DNA of 9,032 nt from NCBI GenBank assembly GCA_030141605.1, contig JAQGDQ010000908.1, positions 72,433-81,464 on the forward strand, given 5' to 3'. The stretch comes from Tubiluchus corallicola. Its lineage: Eukaryota > Animalia > Priapulida. Each line of letters opens with the position of its first letter. Position 1 is the first letter of the stretch. Below, one piece after another: positions 1 through 8,392 of this stretch. Both the position numbers and the translations under genes were made by a program. The notes below the pieces were generated by a model that searched no databases, was not told where the DNA came from, and worked only from the letters and a program-made list of their open reading frames with translations.

Positions 1-221
1 GGTCTTCTGTCCTATTGACAGTAATCTGTCTTCTTAGGTCTCGTCCTCTTGAAATCCTCTGTCCTTTTGGATGTCTTCTGTCATCTGGGAAGTCCTCCAG
101 GAGATCCACTGACCTCTAAGAAGTCATTTTTCCTCCTGGAAGTCTTCTGTCTTTTAGGAAGACCTCTAGCCAGAACTTTGGCTTCTAGAAAGTCCTCTTT
201 CATCTAGGAAGTTCTACAGGA

Positions 222-2518
222 GGTCTTCTGTCCCATTGACAGTAATCTGTCCCCTTGGAGGTCTTCTGTCCTCTTGGAAGTGCTCTGTCATTTTGGATGT
301 CTTTTGTCATCTGGGAAGTCCTCTAGGAGATCCACTGACCTCTAAGAAATCTTCTTTCCTCCTGAAAGTCTTCTGTCTTTTAGGAAGTCCTCTAGGAAGA
401 ACTTTGGCTTCTAGAAAGTCTCTATCATCTAGGAAGTTCTGCAGGAGGTCTTCTGTCCTATTGACGGAGATCTGTTTTCTTGGAAGTCCTCTGTCCTTTT
501 TGATGTCTTCTGTCTTTTAGGAAGACCTCTGGGAAGACCTTTGTCTTCTAGGAAGCATCATATGTTTGGGAAGTCCTCTGTCCTCTAGGAAGTCCTCTGT
601 CCTTTTGGATGTCTTCTGTCATCTGGGAACTCCTCTAGAAGATCCACAGACCTCTAAGAAGTCCTCTTTGCTCCTGTGAGTCTTCTGTCTTTTAAGAAGT
701 CCTCTAGGAAGACCTTTGGCTTCTAGAAAGTCCTCTATCATCTAGGAAGTTCTCCAGGAGGTCTTCTGTCCAATTGACAGAGATCTGTCTTCTTGGAAGT
801 TCTCTGTCCTCTTGGAAGTCCTCTGTCCTTTTGGATGTCTTCTGTCATCCGTGAAGTCCTCCAGGAGATCCACTGACCTCTAAGAAGTCCTATTTCCTCC
901 TGGAAGCCTTCTTTCTTTTAGGAAGACCTATAGTATGACCTTTGGCTTCTAGAAAGTCCTCTTTCATCTAGGAAGTTCTCCAGTAGGTCTTCTGTCCTAT
1001 TGACAGTAATCTGTCCTCTTAGAAGTTCTCTGTCCTCTTGGAAGTCCTCTGTCCTTTTGGATGTCTTCTGTCATCCGTGAAGTCCTCCAGGAGATCCACT
1101 GACCTCTAAGAAGTCCTCTTCCCTCCTGAAAGCCTTCTGTCTTTTAGGAAGACCTCTTGGAAGACCTTTGACTTCTAGGAAGCATCAGATGTTTGGGAAG
1201 TCCTCTGTCCTCTAGGAAGTCCTCTGTCCTCTTGGAAGTCCTCTGTCCTTTTTTATGTCTTCTGTCATCTGGGAATTCCTCTAGAAGATCCACTGACCTC
1301 TAAGAAGTCCTCTTTGCGCCTGGAAGTCTTCTGTCTTTTAAGAAGTCCTCTTGGAAGACCTTTGGCTTCTAGAAAGTCCTCTATCATCTAGGAAGTTCTC
1401 CAGTAGGTCTTCTGTCCTATTGACAGTAATCTGTCCTCTTAGAAGTCCTCTGTCCTCTTGAAAGTCCTCTGTCCTTTTGGATGTCTTCTGTCATCCGTGA
1501 AGTCCTCCAGGAGATCCACTGACCCCTAAGAAGTCCTCTTCCCTCCTGAAAGCCTTCTGTCTTTTAGGAAGACCTCTTGGAAGACCTTTGGCTTCTAGAA
1601 AGTCCTCTATCATCTAGGAAGTTCTGCGGGAGGTCTTCTGTCCTATTGACAGAGATCTGTCTTCTTAGAAGTCCTCTGACCTTTTTAATGTCTTCTGTCT
1701 TTTAGGAAGACCTCTTGGAAGACTTTTGTCTTCTAGGAAGCATCAGATGTTTGGGAAGTCCTCTGCCCTCTAGGAAGTCCTCTGTCCTCTTGGAAGTCCT
1801 CTGTCCTTTTGGATGTCTTCTGTCATCTGGGAATTCCTCTAGAAGATCCACTGGCCTCTAAGAAGTCCTCTTTGCACCTGGAAGTCTTCTGTCTTTTAAG
1901 AAGTCCTCTTGGAAGACCTTTGGCTTCTAGAATGTCCTCTATCATCTAGGAAGTTCTCCAGTAGGTCTTCTGTCCTATTGACAGTAATCTATCCTCTTAG
2001 AAGTCCTCTGTCCTCTTGAAAGTCCTCTGTCCTTTTGGATGTCTTCTGTCATCCGTGAAGTCCTCCAGGAGATCCACTGACCTCTAAGAAGTCCTCTTCC
2101 CTCCTGAAAGCCTTCTGTCTTTTAGGGAGACCTCTTGGAAGACCTTTGACTTCTAGAAAGTCCTCTATCATCTAGGAAGTTCAGTAGGTCTTCTGTCCTA
2201 TTGACAGTAATCTGTCCTCTTAGAAGTCCTCTGTCCTCCTGGAAGTCTTCTGTCTTTTAGGAAGACCTCTGGGAAGACCTTTGTCTTCTAGGAAGCATCA
2301 GATGTTTGGGAAGTCCTCTGTCCTCTAGGAAGTCCTCTGTCCTCTTGGAAGTCCTCTGTCTTTTTGGATGTCTTCTGTCATCCGTGAAGTCCTCCAGGAG
2401 ATCCACTGACCTCTAAAAAGTCCTCTTCCCTCCTGGAAGTATCCTGTCTTTTAAGAAAACCTCAAGGAAGACCTTTGGTTTCTAGAAAGTCCACTATCAT
2501 CTAGGAAGTTCTCCAGTA
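222..2518. repeat. Left sub-array: simple (223-226 bp) and compound (313-420 bp) monomers strictly alternate, giving a dimeric higher-order repeat of about 558 bp
   Basis: Pair lengths are 225+313, 226+420, 226+332 and 223+332. The only GAATTC sites I see are at 1273 and 1831, 558 bp apart. The variant CATCCGTGAAGTCCTCCAGGAG is confined to this domain. Confidence 0.8.
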
Positions 2519-2853
2519 AGTATTCTGTTCTATTGACAGTAATCTGTCTTCTTGGAAGTCTTCTGCTCTTTTTGATGTCTTCTGTCATCCATGAAGTCCT
2601 CCAGAAGATCCACTGATCTCTAAGAAGTCCTCTTCCCTCCTGAAAGCCTTCTGTCTTTTAAGAAGTCCTCTAGAAAGACCTTTGGCTTCTAGAAAGTCCT
2701 CTGTGATCTAGGAAGTTCTCCAGTAGGTCTTCTGTCCTAATGACAGAGATCTGTCTTCTTGGAGATCTTCCATCCTCTTGGAAGTGCTCTGTCATTTTGG
2801 GTGTCTTTTGTCATCTGGGAAGTCCTCTAGGAGATCGTCTGACATCTAAGAAG

Positions 2854-4643
2854 TCCTCTTTCCTCCTGAAAGTCTTCTGTCTTTTAGGATGTCCTCTATG
2901 AAGAACTTTGGCACCTAGAAAGTCCTCTGTGATCTAGGAAGTTCTCCAGTAGGTCTTCTGTCCTATTGACTGTAATCTGTCTTCTTGGAAGTCCTATGTC
3001 CATTTGGATGTCTTCCGTCATCTGGAAAGTCCTATAGAAGACCCACTGACCTCTGAGAACTCCTCTTTCCTCCTGAAAGTCGTCTGTCTTTTAGGAAGTC
3101 CTCTAGGAAGATCTTTGGCTTCTAGAAAGTCCTCTATCATCTAGGAAGTTCTCCAGGAAGTCGTCTGTCCTACTGACACAGATCTGTCCTCTTGGATGTC
3201 TTCTGTCCTTTTGGATGTCATCTGTCATCTGGAAAGTCCTCTAGGAGACCCACTGACCTCTAAGAAGTCCTCTTTCCTCCTGAAAGTCTTCTGTCTTTTA
3301 GGAAGTCCTCTAGGAAGGTCTTCGGCTTCTAGAAAGTCCTCTATCATCTAGGAAGTTCTCCAGGAGGTCTTCTGTCCTACTGACACAGATCTTTCCTCTT
3401 GGAGGTCTTCCGTCCTCTTGGAAGTGATCTGTCATTTTGCATGTCTTTTGTCATCTGGGAAGTCCTTTGGGAGATCCACTGCCATCTTAGAAGTCCTCTG
3501 TCCTCCTGAATGTCTTGTGTCTTCTAGGAAGTCCACTGGGAAGACCTTTGTCTTCTAGGAAGCCTCAGATGTTTAGGAAATCCTCTAGGAAGTCCTCTGT
3601 CCTCTTGAAGTCCTCTGTCCTTTTGGATGTCTTCTGTCATCTGGAAAGTCCTCTAGGAGACCTACTGATCTCTAAGAAGTCCTCTTTACTCCTGGAAGTC
3701 TTCTGTCTTTTAAGAAGTCCTCTAGGAAGACCTTTGGCTTCTAGAAAGTCCTCTATCATCTAGGAAGTTCTCCAGGAGGTCTTCTGTCCTAATGACAGAG
3801 ATCTGTCTTCTTGGAGATCTTCCATCCTCTTGGAAGTGCTCTGTCATTTTGAATGTCTTTTGTCATCTGGGAAGTCCTCTAGGAGATCCTCTGACCTCTA
3901 AGAAGTCCTCTTTCCTCCTGAAAGTCTTCTGTCTTTTGGGAAGTCCTCCAGGAGGATCTCCGGCTTCTAGAAAGTCCTCTGTGATCTAGGAAGTTCTCCA
4001 GTAGGTCTTCTGTTATACTGACTGTAATCTGTCTTCTTGGAAGTCCTCTGTCCTTTTGGATGTCTTCTGTCATCTGGAAAGTCCTCTAGGAGACCCACTG
4101 ACCTCTAAGAAGTCCTCTTTACTCCTGGAAGTGTTCTGTCTTTTCAGAAGTCCGCTAGGAAGACCTTTGGTTTCTAGAAAGTCCTCTATCATCTAGGAAG
4201 TTCTCCAGGAGGTCTTCTGTCCTAATGACGGAGATCTGTCTTCTTGGTGGTCTTCCATCCTCTTGGAAGTCCTATGTCCATTTGGATGTCTTCCGTCATC
4301 TGGAAAGTCCTCTAGGAGACCCACTGAGCTCTGAGAACTCCTCTTTCCTCCTGAAAGTCGTCTGTCTTTTAGGAAGTCCTCTAGGAAGATCTTTGGCTTC
4401 TAGAAAGTCCTCTATCATCTAGGAAGTTCTCCAGGAAGTCTTCTGTCCTACTGACACAGATCTGTCCTCTTGGAGGTCTTCTGTCCTTTTGGATGTCATC
4501 TGTCATCTGGAAAGTCCTCTAGGAGACCCACTGACCTCTAAGAAGTCCTCTTTGCTCCTGGAAGTCTTCTGTCCTTTAGTAAATCCTCTAGGAAGACATT
4601 TGGCTTCTAGAAAGTTGTCTATCATCTAGGAAGTTCTCCAGGA
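2854..4643. repeat. 1.8-kb block, copy 1 (matches 7242-9032)
   Basis: Rare variants occur in the same order at offset 4388/4389: CTATGAAGAACTTTGGCACCTAG, TGTTATACTG, TTCAGAAGTCCGCTAG, and GAGCTC at 4326 and 8715. ORF translations are identical at 3792/8181, 3879/8268 and 4225/8614. Confidence 0.9.
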
Positions 4644-5282
4644 GGTCTTCTGTCCTATTGACAGTAATCTGTCCTCTTCCAGGTCTTCCGTCCTCTTGAA
4701 ATCCTCTGTCCTTTTGGATGTCTTCTGTCATCTGGGAACTCCTCTAGGAGATCCACTGACCACTAAGAAGTCCTCTTTCCTCCTGAAAGCCTTCTGTCTT
4801 TTAGGAAGTCCTCTAGGAAGATCTTCGGCTTCTAGAAAGTCCTCTGTGATCTAGGAAGTTCTCCAGTAGTTCTTCTGTTTTACTGACTGTAATCTGTCTT
4901 CTTGGAAGTCCTACGTCCATTTGGATGTCTTCCATCATCTGGAAAGTCCTCTAGGAGACCCACTGACCTCTAAGAAGTCCTCTTTGCTCCTGGAAGTCTT
5001 CTGTCTTTTAGGAAATCCTCTAGGAAGACATTTGGCTTCTAGAAAGTTGTCTATCATCTAGGAAGTTCTCCAGGAGGTCTTCTGTCCTATTGACTGTAAT
5101 CTGTCTTCTTGGAAGTCCTCTGTCCTTTTGGATGTCTTCAGTCGTCTGGAAAGTCCTCTAGGAGACCCACTGACCTCTAAGAAGTCCTCTTTACTCCCGG
5201 AAGTCTTCTGTCTTTTAAGAAGTCCTCTAGGAAGACCTTTGGCTTCTAGAAAGTCCTCTATCATCTAGGAAGTTCTCCAGGA

Positions 5283-5439
5283 GGTCTTCTGTCCTAATGA
5301 CAGAGATCTGTCTTCTTGGAGGTCATCCATCCTCTTGGAAGTGCTCTGTCATTTTGGATGTCTTTTGTCATCTGGGAAGTCCTCTAGGAGATCCTCTGAC
5401 CTCTAAGAAGTCCTCTGTGATCTAGGAAGTTCTCCAGTA
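5283..5439. repeat. Truncated 157-bp monomer (226-bp type with a 69-bp internal deletion)
   Basis: Compared with the intact sister monomer 5647-5872, the sequence jumps from GACCTCTAAGAAGTCCTCT straight to GTGATCTAGG. The junction lies in the shared AAGTCCTCT at 5408-5416. Confidence 0.9.
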
Positions 5440-5872
5440 GTTCTTCTGTCCTACTGACTGTAATCTGTCTTTTTGGAAGTCCTATGTCCATTTGGATGTC
5501 TTCCGTCATCTGGAAAGTCCTCTAGGAGACCCACTGACCTCTGAGAACTCCTCTTTCCTCCTGAAAGTCTTCTGTCTTTTAGGAAGTCCTCTAGGAAGAC
5601 CTTTGGCTTCTAGAAAGTCCTCTATCATCTAGGAAGTTCTCCAGGAGGTCTTCTGTCCTAATGACAGAGATCTGTCTTCTTGGAGGTCTTCCATCCTCTT
5701 GGAAGTGCTCTGTCATTTTGGATGTCTTTTGTCATCTGGGAAGTCCTCTAGGAGATCCTCTGACCTCTAAGAAGTCCTCTTTCCTCCTGAAAGTCTTCTG
5801 TCTTTTAGGAAGTCCTCTAGGAAGATCTTCGGCTTCTAGAAAGTCCTCTGTGATCTAGGAAGTTCTCCAATA

Positions 5873-7132
5873 GTTCTTCTGTCCTACTGACTGTAATCTG
5901 TCTTCTTGGAAGTCCTATGTCCATTTGGATGTCTTCCGTCATCTGGAAAGTCGTCTAGGAGATGCACTGACCTCTGAGAACTCCTCTTTCCTCCTGAAAG
6001 TCTTCTGTCTTTTAGGATGTCCTCTATGAAGAACTTTGGCACCTAGAAAGTCCTCTGTGATCTAGGAAGTTCTCCAGTAGGTCTTCTGTCCTATTGACTG
6101 TAATCTGTCTTCTTGGAAGTCCTATGTCCATTTGGATGTCTTCCGTCATCTGGAAAGTCCTATAGAAGACCCACTGACCTCTGAGAACTCCTCTTTCCTC
6201 CTGAAAGTCGTCTGTCTTTTAGGAAGTCCTCTAGGAAGATCTTTGGCTTCTAGAAAGTCCTCTATCATCTAGGAAGTTCTCCAGGAAGTCGTCTGTCCTA
6301 CTGACACAGATCTGTCCTCTTGGATGTCTTCTGTCCTTTTGGATGTCATCTGTCATCTGGAAAGTCCTCTAGGAGACCCACTGACCTCTAAGAAGTCCTC
6401 TTTCCTCCTGAAAGTCTTCTGTCTTTTAGGAAGTCCTCTAGGAAGGTCTTCGGCTTCTAGAAAGTCCTCTATCATCTAGGAAGTTCTCCAGGAGGTCTTC
6501 TGTCCTACTGACACAGATCTTTCCTCTTGGAGGTCTTCCGTCCTCTTGGAAGTGATCTGTTATTTTGCATGTCTTTTGTCATCTGGGAAGTCCTTTGGGA
6601 GATCCACTGCCATCTTAGAAGTCCTCTGTCCTCCTGAATGTCTTGTGTCTTCTAGGAAGTCCACTGGGAAGACCTTTGTCTTCTAGGAAGCCTCAGATGT
6701 TTAGGAAGTCCTCTAGGAAGTCCTCTGTCCTCTTGGAAGTCCTCTGTCCTTTTGGATGTCTTCTGTCATCTGGAAAGTCCTCTAGGAGACCTACTGATCT
6801 CTAAGAAGTCCTCTTTACTCCTGGAAGTCTTCTGTCTTTTAAGAAGTCCTCTAGGAAGACCTTTGGCTTCTAGAAAGTCCTCTATCATCTAGGAAGTTCT
6901 CCAGGAGGTCTTCTGTCCTAATGACAGAGATCTGTCTTCTTGGAGATCTTCCATCCTCTTGGAAGTGCTCTGTCATTTTGAATGTCTTTTGTCATCTGGG
7001 AAGTCCTCTAGGAGATCCTCTGACCTCTAAGAAGTCCTCTTTCCTCCTGAAAGTCTTCTGTCTTTTGGGAAGTCCTCCAGGAGGATCTCCGGCTTCTAGA
7101 AAGTCCTCTGTGATCTAGGAAGTTCTCCAGTA
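5873..7132. repeat. 1260-bp higher-order repeat, copy A (207+207+207+413+226)
   Basis: Line-by-line comparison at offset 1260 shows 5871-6560 identical to 7131-7820 and 6852-7133 identical to 8112-8393. Confidence 0.93.
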
Positions 7133-8392
7133 GTTCTTCTGTCCTACTGACTGTAATCTGTCTTCTTGGAAGTCCTATGTCCATTTGGATGTCTTCCGTC
7201 ATCTGGAAAGTCGTCTAGGAGATGCACTGACCTCTGAGAACTCCTCTTTCCTCCTGAAAGTCTTCTGTCTTTTAGGATGTCCTCTATGAAGAACTTTGGC
7301 ACCTAGAAAGTCCTCTGTGATCTAGGAAGTTCTCCAGTAGGTCTTCTGTCCTATTGACTGTAATCTGTCTTCTTGGAAGTCCTATGTCCATTTGGATGTC
7401 TTCCGTCATCTGGAAAGTCCTATAGAAGACCCACTGACCTCTGAGAACTCCTCTTTCCTCCTGAAAGTCGTCTGTCTTTTAGGAAGTCCTCTAGGAAGAT
7501 CTTTGGCTTCTAGAAAGTCCTCTATCATCTAGGAAGTTCTCCAGGAAGTCGTCTGTCCTACTGACACAGATCTGTCCTCTTGGATGTCTTCTGTCCTTTT
7601 GGATGTCATCTGTCATCTGGAAAGTCCTCTAGGAGACCCACTGACCTCTAAGAAGTCCTCTTTCCTCCTGAAAGTCTTCTGTCTTTTAGGAAGTCCTCTA
7701 GGAAGGTCTTCGGCTTCTAGAAAGTCCTCTATCATCTAGGAAGTTCTCCAGGAGGTCTTCTGTCCTACTGACACAGATCTTTCCTCTTGGAGGTCTTCCG
7801 TCCTCTTGGAAGTGATCTGTCATTTTGCATGTCTTTTGTCATCTGGGAAGTCCTTTGGGAGATCCACTGCCATCTTAGAAGTCCTCTGTCCTCCTGAATG
7901 TCTTCTGTCTTCTAGGAAGTCCACTCGGAAGACCTTTGTCTTCTCGGAAGCCTCAGATGTTTAGGAAATCCTCTAGGAAGTCCTCTGTCCTCTTGGAAGT
8001 CCTCTGTCCTTTTTGATGTCTTCTGTCATCTGGAAAGTCCTCTAGGAGACCCACTGATCTCTAAGAAGTCCTCTTTGCTTCTGGAAGCCTTCTTTCTTTT
8101 AGGAAGACCTATAGGAAGACCTTTGGCTTCTAGAAAGTCCTCTATCATCTAGGAAGTTCTCCAGGAGGTCTTCTGTCCTAATGACAGAGATCTGTCTTCT
8201 TGGAGATCTTCCATCCTCTTGGAAGTGCTCTGTCATTTTGAATGTCTTTTGTCATCTGGGAAGTCCTCTAGGAGATCCTCTGACCTCTAAGAAGTCCTCT
8301 TTCCTCCTGAAAGTCTTCTGTCTTTTGGGAAGTCCTCCAGGAGGATCTCCGGCTTCTAGAAAGTCCTCTGTGATCTAGGAAGTTCTCCAGTA
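7133..8392. repeat. 1260-bp higher-order repeat, copy B
   Basis: Direct tandem duplicate of 5873-7132. I count 14 substitutions, all between 7821 and 8111, and no indels. Confidence 0.93.

Noticed and set aside
30-50. 4 bp of small deletions in monomer 1 relative to 4644-4868, and other 1-3 bp indels (near 420, 2182, 3607), as biological signals
   Set aside because: They are isolated, lie near the window edge or in short runs, and cannot be told apart from consensus error without reads.
2952-3365. 207 bp as a simple trimer of a 69-bp unit
   Set aside because: Although 207=3x69, the 12-bp subunits divide the monomer into blocks of 88, 69 and 50 bp, so a regular 69-bp trimer is not supported.
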